This document shows positions 27,128 to 36,054 of a stretch of DNA of 64,000 bases, in pieces (within the stretch, counting starts at the first letter, position 1; the number at the start of each line of letters is the position of its first letter). The stretch is from contig MWBV01000003.1 in assembly GCA_002069705.1 (NCBI GenBank), positions 927 to 64,926 of the forward strand, given 5' to 3'. The translations under genes were made by a program, and so were the position numbers. Source of the DNA: Candidatus Diapherotrites archaeon ADurb.Bin253. Its GTDB lineage: Archaea > Nanobdellota > Nanobdellia > Pacearchaeales > GW2011-AR1. The notes under the pieces are model-generated. The model had not been told where the DNA came from. It was given only the letters and a program-made list of their open reading frames with translations, and made no database searches.

Positions 27128-29035
27128 TTATTTAGGCCAGTATTTATCAGGAAACTTTTCTTGATAATTTTCGGATTGTGGATTTGTTTCTGGTTGTTCC
27201 TTAAAATTATGGGTCTGATCAGATCCGTAATATTGTTCTATTTGTGAAGGGTAATTAGGGTCATTTTTATATTGTCCTTGTTCTGTTCTTGGTCTCTCTT
27301 TTAATTTTTCTCTTCTAATTATTATTCTTTTTAAAATAATTACTATTAAAATTATAACTGCTATTCCTAATAAAGTTATTAAAATATATACTAAGATATT
27401 TTTTCTTTCGCAAGTTTGAGTTAATTCAGGTTTTCCTTTTTCTGTACCACAATCATTTATATCTGTGCATGTTCTTGTTCTTTTTTCTTCTCTAGGGCAT
27501 TTTTCAGGTAAAAATGGAGTGCATTTCCAATTAGGAATACATACAGGACATTCTTGATACTCTAGAGGTTTACCTGTAATATTTCCACAATTGTTTAAAT
27601 CTGTACAAGTTCTATATCCACATGATTTAGAAGTTTCACTCCATTCATCACACTGCCAATTTTGAACACAAGGAATTTCAGGAGGGATTATTTCCAATAT
27701 CGCAGAGTGTTCTAATCCTGTTATTATGAATTTATTTCCTGAGATATTACATGTGAGATTTCTTGCTGTTGAAGTTAAATTTCCAGGACATTCAAGGATA
27801 TATTCATCAATTGCATTACACTCTGGGCTTATTTCATCTATTGAATAGATTTCTTTATCTTTTATACAAACAGATTCAGATTTGTCGTTTAATCTATCTA
27901 CTGTTACATTTTTGGTATAGTTTAATCCATTTATTATAACATAACCTCTTGTGGAATCTGTTTCTTGTTTTTTAAGAATTATTTTTGTCCAATCTAAACT
28001 TCCTTCTTCTGTAAAGTTAATTTCTGTTTCTATTATTGTTTGTTCATCTTGATTTATTTCTATCCTCTGTATTCCTGAACGCGATTCGGAAAAGAGACCT
28101 ATTTCTTCAGACATTTTTAATTTAGAGTCATTTATTTTTACTTCTATATTTTTTAAAGAAGTGTTTATTGGAGATGTCCAATTTCCATATAATCTTTCTA
28201 GTTCTTTTGTAAATGCTAAAAGTGAAATATCTGTGTATAAATATATATTCATACTATAATTTTGCAACACCATTCCAGCTTTTGCGATTATTCCCATAGG
28301 GTCAATTGATTCTCCAAAGAGAGTTATATTCTCTAAACTTCCATTTTCAAAAAAGCTAAATGCAGTTAGATTCTCTGTAATTCCATCTACTTTAAATTCT
28401 TCTTTTGTCCAGTTTGATGAAGAAATATTAAATACAGATTCAAATTCTGTTTTTGCTTCTTGACTGGTGTTTATATTTCTTTTAATTGTCCTGTTTGCTA
28501 AAAAATTTAAAAGTAAATATTCTGGAGCATTTTCCATCTCGTTTTGTTCAGATGAACTTATTCTTTGTATTATATTTTCCATTTCTTCTGGAGGATAATT
28601 GCCATCTATGGCCATAGCCATTTTCATATTCATTAGGAACCATACATCAATTCCAATAAGTGTTCTAATATTTGTCCCATTTATTTGATATACCTTATAT
28701 GCCGGACACTTTTCATTTAATAATAAACTCCAAATTTCACTTTCTTCTTCTGAGGAATTAGTATTATTGTATGGAGCAGAAGTAATTGTTAAATTTTCAG
28801 AACTTCCTTTGAAAATAAATTCCCATACTTTTTTTATGCTTTCATTGGAACAATTTTCAGGTGTTGGAGGATTTTCTATTACCTTTGGAGTTAAATGATT
28901 TTGTATTACATTTGTTGTTAATACTAAATTTTTAAAAATTAGAATAAATAATATCAAAGCAAGTAATATTAAGCATATTAGAATTGGAGGTATTTCATCT
29001 TCTTTTTTTGGTTTATTTCTTCCTCTTTTTTTCAT
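27128..29035 (-). CDS. Bitopic envelope protein with a large N-glycosylation-rich ectodomain and two membrane-proximal Cys-rich modules
   Basis: 635 aa. N-terminal TM (ILICLILLALILFILIF) and C-terminal TM (ILVYILITLLGIAVIILIVIIL) plus a cytoplasmic tail. Repeats: CVQNWQCDEWSETSKSCGYRTCTDLNNCGNITGKPLEYQEC and CIPNWKCTPFLPEKCPREEKRTRTCTDINDCGTEKGKPELTQTC. Confidence 0.6.
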   Translation of the reverse strand: MKKRGRNKPKKEDEIPPILICLILLALILFILIFKNLVLTTNVIQNHLTPKVIENPPTPENCSNESIKKVWEFIFKGSSENLTITSAPYNNTNSSEEESEIWSLLLNEKCPAYKVYQINGTNIRTLIGIDVWFLMNMKMAMAIDGNYPPEEMENIIQRISSSEQNEMENAPEYLLLNFLANRTIKRNINTSQEAKTEFESVFNISSSNWTKEEFKVDGITENLTAFSFFENGSLENITLFGESIDPMGIIAKAGMVLQNYSMNIYLYTDISLLAFTKELERLYGNWTSPINTSLKNIEVKINDSKLKMSEEIGLFSESRSGIQRIEINQDEQTIIETEINFTEEGSLDWTKIILKKQETDSTRGYVIINGLNYTKNVTVDRLNDKSESVCIKDKEIYSIDEISPECNAIDEYILECPGNLTSTARNLTCNISGNKFIITGLEHSAILEIIPPEIPCVQNWQCDEWSETSKSCGYRTCTDLNNCGNITGKPLEYQECPVCIPNWKCTPFLPEKCPREEKRTRTCTDINDCGTEKGKPELTQTCERKNILVYILITLLGIAVIILIVIILKRIIIRREKLKERPRTEQGQYKNDPNYPSQIEQYYGSDQTHNFKEQPETNPQSENYQEKFPDKYWPK

Positions 29036-29077
29036 ATTTTTTTATTAGGGTTTTGTGTTTTAAAAGCTTATTTGTTA

Positions 29078-30781
29078 TTAATTGCTTTTTTGGCCTTTAA
29101 CTTCTTTTTCAATTTCTTGTAAACTTGCTATTTCAGAAAGATGTTTATCTGGGCGTAGAGAAGTTATTCTTGGGAATCTTAGAGCCCATCCAGAACTGTA
29201 ATTTGGAGATTCTTGAATTTCTTGATAAGTTACAGCAACAATTATTTTAGGTTTTATTTTAACATCTTTTCCTTGTTCTTTTATTATTAATGGTTTTAAG
29301 AGGTCGTTTAATTCATTGAATGAAACTCCTTCTTGTTCATCTTTTTCTTTTATGCCTGTTCCAACTCTTCCGATTTCTAAGAATTCTTGTTCTTCTTTTC
29401 CCATACATGATAAGATGAAGCTACTTAACCAACCAGAACGTTTTCCTGTTCCATATTCTGCACCTGTTATAACTAAATCTAAATCTTTTTCAGAGGGTTT
29501 AACTTTTAACATGTGTCCTACTCTGTTTCCTGGTTGATATGCTGTTGAAAGATTTTTCATCATAATCCCTTCTTGATTGTCTTTAAGTGCTTTCTTGTAA
29601 AATTCTTCTGCCTTGTTTAAATCATCAGTTATAATTTGTTTTGAAGAAACAATTTTGTAAGGAGTTTCTTTTATTATCTTCCTTATTAATTGTGTACGTT
29701 TTTCAAAAGGTTCTTTGATTAAAGATTTTCCATTATAATATAAAATATCAAAAACATTTATTTCAATTGGAAGTTCTTCTCTTATTTTTTCAATATTATA
29801 TTTTCTTCTTATTCTTTGAGAGATTGCTTGAAATGGAGTGTATTCTTTTGTTTTTTTGTTATATCCTATTGCTTCACTATCTAATATAAATGATTCTCCT
29901 CTAACATATTTTTGGATATATTCAACTGCTTCTGGGAATTGTTTAGTTACATTTTCCAATTTTCTTGTAAATAATTTTATTTTAGAATCTTTTTTATGGA
30001 TTATAAGTCTAAATCCATCATATTTATATTCTATTGCACATGGTTTTCCAACTGCCTTAAATCCTTCTTCAATGTTTTTTACTTTTTGTGCAAGCATCGC
30101 CTTTATTGGCTTTCCAACTTCAAGACCTATTTTGTCAAATTCACTTATTTTTCCTTTTTTTGAAATTAAGAATACTTTTGCTAAATCATTGGAATGGTCA
30201 ATTGCTTCTTGAATTATCTTTGAAGATTCTTTGTCTGAATTGAAAAATGCTTTTGCGAGTGATTCTCTTATTGTTGATTCTTGGATTCCTATTCTTAAAT
30301 CTCCAAGAAGTGTTCTTACAATATATAATGCTTCTATTGGAGAAGCTGAAATTAATAATTCAGTTATAAGAATTAATTTTTTTTCAATTGTTCCTTCTCC
30401 TTCAAGCTCTGGTAGTTTTCTTAAATTTTCAATTACTTTGTCTGTTGTTAGATGGGATTTGAGAAATAATGTTGATTGTTTTTTTGTGTTAATTAGTTTT
30501 TCAGCTACTTTACCTAAGTCTCCTATTTTTTTCCATTCTTGAACCACTTTATCAGGAGAGTTTCCAGATGCTTTTGAGATTGCCTTTATTACAAGTTGAT
30601 TACTTATTCCAATTTTTCTTTCATCATAAGTTGGATATATTTCTCCATTTAGTAAATATAATATGTCCTTGTCTTTTTCAGAAAGATATTCTAAGAATTT
30701 TGAGAGAATTTCAATTTTTTCAAGACGCTTTGTGGTATTTCCAAGATTTTCATATAATTCTGCAAGTTTTGAATATAGCAT
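29078..30781 (-). CDS. lig: ATP-dependent DNA ligase
   Basis: 567 aa. Adenylation motif AIEYKYDGFRLIIH, EGIMMK, and a C-terminal OB domain. Confidence 0.9.
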   Translation of the reverse strand: MLYSKLAELYENLGNTTKRLEKIEILSKFLEYLSEKDKDILYLLNGEIYPTYDERKIGISNQLVIKAISKASGNSPDKVVQEWKKIGDLGKVAEKLINTKKQSTLFLKSHLTTDKVIENLRKLPELEGEGTIEKKLILITELLISASPIEALYIVRTLLGDLRIGIQESTIRESLAKAFFNSDKESSKIIQEAIDHSNDLAKVFLISKKGKISEFDKIGLEVGKPIKAMLAQKVKNIEEGFKAVGKPCAIEYKYDGFRLIIHKKDSKIKLFTRKLENVTKQFPEAVEYIQKYVRGESFILDSEAIGYNKKTKEYTPFQAISQRIRRKYNIEKIREELPIEINVFDILYYNGKSLIKEPFEKRTQLIRKIIKETPYKIVSSKQIITDDLNKAEEFYKKALKDNQEGIMMKNLSTAYQPGNRVGHMLKVKPSEKDLDLVITGAEYGTGKRSGWLSSFILSCMGKEEQEFLEIGRVGTGIKEKDEQEGVSFNELNDLLKPLIIKEQGKDVKIKPKIIVAVTYQEIQESPNYSSGWALRFPRITSLRPDKHLSEIASLQEIEKEVKGQKSN

Positions 30782-30805
30782 AGATTATAATATTACAAGA
30801 AGTTT

Positions 30806-31183
30806 TTAATTATTCTTATTTATTTTCACTTTCCATAATCCATGTAGATTACAATATTCTCTTGCTGAAACAGGTTTAAATGAAAATTCTGCTTCTGGTT
30901 TTGAATCTGGTTTTAGAAATACTTTAGCAGTCTCTCCTGTTTCTGAAGTTGCTTCAATCCATTCAATGTAATGTTCTGTTACCATAGGGTGGGCAATTGA
31001 ACCTACTTTTACTTTTTTACCACGAATAATTGGAACATGTTTTTCTTGAGAAGCATCAACAGTGTTTTCTTTTTGCAATTTCATTGGTTGTCCACAACAG
31101 ATTAATACACCTCTTCCTTCATGCACGACTTCAACTATATTTCCACATATTTCACATTTATAAATTTCTTTTTTTTCTACCAT
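30806..31183 (-). CDS. dfx: Desulfoferrodoxin (2Fe superoxide reductase)
   Basis: 125 aa. Desulforedoxin-like [16 protein letters not shown]...LICCGQPM, then [24 protein letters not shown]. Confidence 0.85.
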   Translation of the reverse strand: MVEKKEIYKCEICGNIVEVVHEGRGVLICCGQPMKLQKENTVDASQEKHVPIIRGKKVKVGSIAHPMVTEHYIEWIEATSETGETAKVFLKPDSKPEAEFSFKPVSAREYCNLHGLWKVKINKNN

Positions 31184-31191
31184 TTTATAGG

Positions 31192-31773
31192 TTAATAATT
31201 TTCTTCTAAAATCTCGTAATAGGATTGAGGATGTTTACATGCAGGGCATTCATCAGGAGCTTCTTTTCCTTCATGAATATATCCACAATTCCTACATTTC
31301 CACTTTACAATTTCTTCTTTTTGGAATACTCTTTTCTCTTCAATATTTTTGAGTAGTTTTCTGTATCTTTTTTCATGTTGTTCTTCAACTTCTGCAATTT
31401 CATGGAAAGATTCTGCAATGTCTTTGAATCCTTCTTTTAATGCTACTTTTTCAAATTCAGGGTATAGTTCTTCCCATTCTTCCTGTTCCCCATTTGCAGC
31501 TGCAAGAAGATTTTCTTTTGTTGTTCCTATTTTTCCTGCAGGATAACTTGCTGTTATTTCAACAGGTAATCCTTGTGATTTTTCTAAATATTTAAAGAAT
31601 ACTTTTGCATGTTCTTTTTCATTATCTGCTGTTTCTGTGAATATAGCCGAGATTTGTTCATAACCTTCTTTTTTTGCAACAGATGCAAAATAATTATATC
31701 TCATCCTTGCTTGGCTTTCACCAGCAAATGCCTTTAGCAGGTTCTTTTCTGTTTCACTTCCTTTTAATTCCAT
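31192..31773 (-). CDS. rbr: Rubrerythrin
   Basis: 193 aa. Ferritin-like [18 protein letters not shown]...EKEHAKVF, plus a C-terminal rubredoxin WKCRNCGY...CPACKHP. Confidence 0.9.
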   Translation of the reverse strand: MELKGSETEKNLLKAFAGESQARMRYNYFASVAKKEGYEQISAIFTETADNEKEHAKVFFKYLEKSQGLPVEITASYPAGKIGTTKENLLAAANGEQEEWEELYPEFEKVALKEGFKDIAESFHEIAEVEEQHEKRYRKLLKNIEEKRVFQKEEIVKWKCRNCGYIHEGKEAPDECPACKHPQSYYEILEENY

Positions 31774-31820
31774 AATTATATTTGTTTGTTGTAGTTTAAA
31801 TAGATTATGTAATTTTATAA

Positions 31821-32480
31821 TTATCTATGTAAAATATATCTTCTTCCAGAAGGAGGGTTTGGTTTTTGTCCAGCTCTTCTACTTGGTCTGTTCTTGTTTG
31901 TTGGAGATTTATCTCTTAATCCTCTTGATTTCTTAGCTGAACTTGTTAGTCCTCTAAAGACCCTGTTCTTGTTTTTTCTATTTACTATCCAATTTATTGT
32001 TTTATCATTTTTTATTTCTGGTCTTTGAGGGTCTACGCAAATAACTTCATAAAAATAATTTATTCCATCTTTTCCGATTTTATAAGAATTTAATACTTCA
32101 AGGTTAGTGTGTTTATTTGCAACTCTTTGTTCTGCAATCCATTTGTAAGACATCTTTAGATTTTTTCGAGTGTGCATTCTTTTTCCTCTTCTTCCTTTTA
32201 TGGGTCTTGGTCTTTTGTGTCCTCCTCTTTTTACTTTTACTCTTATAACTACAAATCCTTTTTTGTCTTTATATCCTAAAGCTCTTGCTCTGTCTAATCT
32301 TAAAGGTTTTTCAACTTTAATCTGAGTTGGACTTTCTCTCCATTCTTTCATCCTTGCCATAAGGACTTTTGAATCTGGTTTTTTCCAAGCTTTCTTAATA
32401 TAATAATACATTCCATGAACACTTTTTTGAGGTTCTTGTTTTGTTTCTTTTTTATTTCCTTTTGGTTTCTTTTCTGCCAT
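31821..32480 (-). CDS. rpl15e: 50S ribosomal protein L15e
   Basis: GMYYYIKKAWKKP...RLDRARALGYKDKKGFVVIRVKVKRGG, with basic N- and C-terminal extensions. Confidence 0.9.
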   Translation of the reverse strand: MAEKKPKGNKKETKQEPQKSVHGMYYYIKKAWKKPDSKVLMARMKEWRESPTQIKVEKPLRLDRARALGYKDKKGFVVIRVKVKRGGHKRPRPIKGRRGKRMHTRKNLKMSYKWIAEQRVANKHTNLEVLNSYKIGKDGINYFYEVICVDPQRPEIKNDKTINWIVNRKNKNRVFRGLTSSAKKSRGLRDKSPTNKNRPSRRAGQKPNPPSGRRYILHR

Positions 32481-32565
32481 GAGTATTTTAGAAAAAGTTC
32501 ATTTAAAAAGCTTGAGGTTCAGGGTTTTGTAACCACTTATCTGAAGACATAATTTAGCAGAATAA

Positions 32566-32573
32566 TTTATAAA
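32566..32573 (+). promoter_or_regulatory. TATA box for dut
   Basis: TTTATAAA starts 29 nt upstream of the ATG at 32595. Confidence 0.5.
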
Positions 32574-32594
32574 CCCCAATAGTTTTTTTAGTCT

Positions 32595-33125
32595 ATGAAA
32601 AAGAGTGTTGCTAAAAAAGCAGTTAAGAATAAAAAAAAGAAAAAGGTGAGACCTGAAGTAACTCTTAATTTTCTTAAAATATCTAAATCTGCAGAAGCTC
32701 CAGAATATGCTTTAGATACAGATGCAGGTTTTGATTTAAAAGCTCTTGAAAGTGTGACTATATTTCCTTTTGATCAAAAAAAAGTCAGTACTGGAATTGC
32801 AATAGAAGTTCCAGAAGGATATGTTGGAATTGTAAGAGATAGGGCTGGAATTGTTCAGAAAATGAATGTTCACACTGTTGCTGGAACTTTTGATAGTGGT
32901 TTTAGAGGAGAAGTTTCAATAATGTTAGTTAATATGAATGATAAGACAATTGAGATTGAGAAAGGGATGAGAATAGCTCAGATAATCTTGGTTCCAATTG
33001 TCAAGGCCAAAATAACTGAAGTGAAAAAACTTTCATCTACAGAGAGAGGAGATAAGGGCTTTGGTTCTACAGGTATGAAAGAGATTATAAGAGAATTGAA
33101 TAAGATTTCTGAAAAAAGCATTTAA
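32595..33125 (+). CDS. dut: dUTP diphosphatase (trimeric dUTPase)
   Basis: DAGFDLKA, GIVRDRAGI, GTFDSGFRGEVSIMLVN, GMRIAQIILVP, C-terminal RGDKGFGSTG. The N-terminal extension is Lys-rich. Confidence 0.85.
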   Translation: MKKSVAKKAVKNKKKKKVRPEVTLNFLKISKSAEAPEYALDTDAGFDLKALESVTIFPFDQKKVSTGIAIEVPEGYVGIVRDRAGIVQKMNVHTVAGTFDSGFRGEVSIMLVNMNDKTIEIEKGMRIAQIILVPIVKAKITEVKKLSSTERGDKGFGSTGMKEIIRELNKISEKSI

Positions 33126-33180
33126 GTAACTTTTATAAATTGTTTGAGTTTGTTTTTGTTACCAGAAATAGATATGTTTT

Positions 33181-33363
33181 GGGGCTGTAGCTCAGTCTGG
33201 TTAGAATGTTTAAAACATAAACCATCCTGAGAAGATAGTCTTGTTATAAAGCATGAACAAAACATAAACGAAACAATGAGGCTGTAGCTCAGTCTGGTTA
33301 GAATGTTTAAAACATAAACCACCCTGAGAAGATAGTCTTATTATAAAGCATGAACAAAACAAT
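33181..33363 (+). repeat. Two tandem units (97 and 86 nt), each made of the first 25 nt of tRNA-Ile plus a TATA-containing spacer
   Basis: G(G/A)GGCTGTAGCTCAGTCTGGTTAGA occurs at 33181-33205, at 33278-33302, and again as the true tRNA 5' end at 33364-33388. The spacers (72 and 61 nt) differ by 2 substitutions and an 11-nt indel. Confidence 0.9.
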
Positions 33364-33438
33364 GAGGCTGTAGCTCAGTCTGGTTAGAGCACTGCTCTGA
33401 TAAGGCAGGGGTCCACAGTTCAAATCTGTGCAGCCTCA
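33364..33438 (+). tRNA. tRNA-Ile(GAU)
   Basis: GAGGCTG-TA-GCTC-AGTCTGGTTA-GAGC-A-CTGCT-CTGATAA-GGCAG-GGGTC-CACAG-TTCAAAT-CTGTG-CAGCCTC-A. It is 75 nt with no encoded CCA. Confidence 0.9.
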
Positions 33439-33445
33439 TTTAAAT

Positions 33446-34114
33446 TTAATTTCCTTTGAATTCAAGAACAAGCAACCCTTTTGAAAATTCATATCCTATT
33501 ATAGGTAAGTTTAAGGGTATTGATTTTGAATAAGCTTTTTCTTCTGCAATTGCTTTTAATTCTATGCTGCTTTCTAATGGAGTTATTGTAACATTTTCTA
33601 TTGATTCAACTCCTGGCATTTCTATTTCATAGATTATTTTGTCAGCAATTCTTCTTAATTCTGTTTTAGGTTCTTTTTTATTGAGTTTAGAGAATTTTTT
33701 TATTTGCTCTTTTGAGAATTTTTTGAATCTTAAAGGAACAGATTCTTGTTTTTCTTTTTTATTTTCTCCTTGTTTTTGCATTCCACTGTTTAAATCCACT
33801 TCTTTTCCATTTATCATTAATTTTATTTTTGTTTTAGGAAAATTATTGTTTGTTGGAGATTGTTTAGACATTCTCATTTCTTTTTCAAGCATCCTCATTG
33901 TATTTGAAATCATTTTATTCATGACATTTCCCATCATTCCTCCAAACAGAGAATTAGAAATCATATCTGTTTCATTAAAAGAATCATTTTCACCTAACAT
34001 TCCAAATTCTTCTTTTTTGCCTTTTTTTCCTAATGGGAAACCACAGCTAGGACAAAAGTTGTTTCCTTTTCCTGTTTTTTTTCCACATCGTTGACAAGTC
34101 TTTTTAGAGAACAT
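33446..34114 (-). CDS. Zinc-ribbon / Met-rich linker / Hsp20 (alpha-crystallin)-like domain protein
   Basis: 222 aa. N-terminal CQRCGKK...CPSCG, the Met-rich segment MISNSLFGGMMGNVMNKMISNTMRMLEKEMRM, and a C-terminal beta-rich ...IIYEIEMPGVESIENVTITPLESSIELKA...GLLVLEFK that resembles an ACD. Confidence 0.45.
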   Translation of the reverse strand: MFSKKTCQRCGKKTGKGNNFCPSCGFPLGKKGKKEEFGMLGENDSFNETDMISNSLFGGMMGNVMNKMISNTMRMLEKEMRMSKQSPTNNNFPKTKIKLMINGKEVDLNSGMQKQGENKKEKQESVPLRFKKFSKEQIKKFSKLNKKEPKTELRRIADKIIYEIEMPGVESIENVTITPLESSIELKAIAEEKAYSKSIPLNLPIIGYEFSKGLLVLEFKGN

Positions 34115-34206
34115 ATTTAATTTATATGAGATTTATTTAAAAGGTTTGTGGATAGCATATTATGTAGAATAATAATGATTATATATGTTGTTTTTAAAGA
34201 TTATTT

Positions 34207-34599
34207 ATGGCAATTAAGGCTATTAAAGAAATACCTTTGAAATCTCGGCATGTTAGGTGGAATTTTGAAAAGTCTGAAGATAATTTTTATATGGGGAATC
34301 CTTTGACTAGATATTACTTTGCTATTATAGATAATAGGGAAGCAAATAGGAAAGAACTTTCAAATAAGATTGCTAATCAATTGATGAAATCTAATTATTG
34401 GGTTATTCCTGTTGAACAAGGATTTAATCTTAAAGTTAAGAATAGTGAGTGGGGTTTATCTTTTGTTGTGTATGATGCTTTAGCAAGTTATGAGAATTTG
34501 AATTTTTTAAAACTAAATGTTGTTTCAAAAAGAGATTATAAATTGTGTAAGAAAGAAGTTCTCAGCATCGAGGATTATCTTACAAGAATTTACGAATAG
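34207..34599 (+). CDS. Hypothetical protein (130 aa)
   Basis: ORF only. Confidence 0.35.
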   Translation: MAIKAIKEIPLKSRHVRWNFEKSEDNFYMGNPLTRYYFAIIDNREANRKELSNKIANQLMKSNYWVIPVEQGFNLKVKNSEWGLSFVVYDALASYENLNFLKLNVVSKRDYKLCKKEVLSIEDYLTRIYE

Positions 34600-34674
34600 T
34601 TTAATTTTTTCATAAAAAATGGTTTTAGATGATTTGGCGAAAAGTATTTAAATACAATTTATTTTATCTTTGGT

Positions 34675-35493
34675 ATGAAGAAAGAAAAGAGGTTAAAGAA
34701 ATTTAATATTTCAAACAGACTTGCCTATACATTAATGGTTATTCTTTCAATCGTATTATTAGGAATTGGAGTTTGGGCTGCAGCTCCAAACCCTGGACAT
34801 AGTGCAAATGAATTGGAACTAGATTGGGGTGAAAAGAGTTTTTGTGAAGGTACTCCAAATTCTTGTGATTCTTATCCTCAGAGTTCGTGTACTACCCAAA
34901 AGGGATGTTCTGTGGGGTGTGGTGGAGAAGGAGGAGAGGTAACTTGTAATATTTGGTCTAGTGAATCAGACTGCAATGATCATGGATGTAATTGGGATCA
35001 TGGTTCTCATTCGTGTAGTGGATATAGTGGTGGAGGTTATGTTGCTTGTTACTATTTCAGTTCCCCTAGGACTGAGTGTCTTAAGTATCAGTCTTTAGGT
35101 TGTTACTGGGGGTGTACTGGAACTGCAACTCCTTGTTCGTATTTTAATAATAAAAATGATTGTGACGGTTCTAATGGTCAGAAAGGTTGTAAATGGGTAA
35201 CAAGGCAAAGGTCAATTATACCAACCAATAAGGGAATCAATATTTCTAGCATAATTACTAATGCTATTTGTGATGCCTCTGGAACTCGTTGTCTTAGTGT
35301 TAGAACTGGAGCCTTACCATCTAGTGAGGCACAGGTTTATCAAGGAAGGGACAGCGCTAGAAGAGAAATGAGGAGAGATGCTTCTGTTTCTTGTCCTGAA
35401 GGTTCTTATTTAACTAGAGTTCAGGTAGTCGATATTGGGGTTGGTCATGAAGCTTATTTAAAAGGAACTTGTAAAGCATTACCAATAAGATAA
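34675..35493 (+). CDS. Secreted or membrane-anchored Cys-rich protein
   Basis: 272 aa. Signal anchor LAYTLMVILSIVLLGIGVWAAAPNPGHSANEL, then reiterated C-x(n)-GC-x-W units (DCNDHGCNW, ECLKYQSLGCYW, DCDGSNGQKGCKW). A TATA box at 34645-34654 lies about 29 nt upstream. Confidence 0.55.
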   Translation: MKKEKRLKKFNISNRLAYTLMVILSIVLLGIGVWAAAPNPGHSANELELDWGEKSFCEGTPNSCDSYPQSSCTTQKGCSVGCGGEGGEVTCNIWSSESDCNDHGCNWDHGSHSCSGYSGGGYVACYYFSSPRTECLKYQSLGCYWGCTGTATPCSYFNNKNDCDGSNGQKGCKWVTRQRSIIPTNKGINISSIITNAICDASGTRCLSVRTGALPSSEAQVYQGRDSARREMRRDASVSCPEGSYLTRVQVVDIGVGHEAYLKGTCKALPIR

Positions 35494-35578
35494 ATAAAAA
35501 TCTATTTGTTTCTTATTTATACAAATTTTTTTAAACTTTATTTTATTATCTTTTTTTAAATAATAATTGGTAATATTT

Positions 35579-36016
35579 ATGATGGGAGATAGAGACAATA
35601 AAGAAAACAAGGAAAATAAGAAAAACAAGGAAAACGAGGAAAAAAAAGAAAGCAAGGAAAGCAAGGAAAATAATATTGAGGGAATTGTTGAATTTAATGA
35701 ATGGCAGGTAATTGACTTGAGAGTTGCTCAAATCAAAAAAGTTGAAGATATTTCTGGTGCAGACAAACTCTATAAATTAACCTTGGATGTTGGTGAAGAA
35801 ATAGGTGAGAGAGTTATTTGTGCTGGAATTAAACAGTATTATTCTAAAGAAGAACTTGAAGACAAGAAAATAGTTGTTTTTGTTAATCTTAAACCTAGAT
35901 TAATGAGAGGTATTGAAAGCCAAGGAATGCTTCTTGCTGCTGTTTCTGGGGACCATTCTGAGGTTGTTTTGGTTTGTCCAGAAAAAAGTATTAAGAATGG
36001 TTGTAAAATAAGTTAA
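35579..36016 (+). CDS. tRNA-binding domain protein (Trbp111/CsaA/EMAP-II-like) with a low-complexity K/E/N N-terminus
   Basis: DLRVAQIKKVEDISGADKLYKLTLDVGEE...RVICAGIKQYY...VNLKPRLMRGIESQGMLLAA. The track start at 35567 is a TTG; the first ATG is at 35579. Confidence 0.8.
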   Translation: MMGDRDNKENKENKKNKENEEKKESKESKENNIEGIVEFNEWQVIDLRVAQIKKVEDISGADKLYKLTLDVGEEIGERVICAGIKQYYSKEELEDKKIVVFVNLKPRLMRGIESQGMLLAAVSGDHSEVVLVCPEKSIKNGCKIS

Positions 36017-36054
36017 ATTAAATTGACTTGTTTTTGTTATTTCTTTTTGTAGCT

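Noticed and set aside
33122-33322. 66-aa minus-strand ORF across the tRNA-Ile stub repeats
   Set aside because: It reads through the reverse complement of duplicated tRNA 5' fragments. The repeat structure explains the open frame.
33100-33500. Integrated mobile element at the tRNA-Ile gene (att-site duplication)
   Set aside because: The units are only 86-97 nt. They duplicate the 5' part of the tRNA rather than the 3' part, and no integrase or foreign gene cargo is adjacent. Tandem slippage fits better.
20597-35493. Diversity-generating retroelement targeting the Cys-rich surface proteins
   Set aside because: There is no reverse transcriptase ORF. I found no template/variable repeat pair with A-specific mismatches in the window.
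35590-35665. Imperfect AAGGAAA(A/G)C microsatellite-like tract
   Set aside because: It lies in frame inside a CDS and encodes a KENKENKKNKENEEKKESKESKEN low-complexity linker. It is not an independent repeat element.
35479-35731. Two overlapping 61-aa minus-strand ORFs (Leu/Phe/Ser-rich)
   Set aside because: They are antisense to the AAGGAAA-type low-complexity region that encodes the K/E/N-rich N-terminus of the tRNA-binding protein, and they overlap its promoter. They are a compositional artefact.
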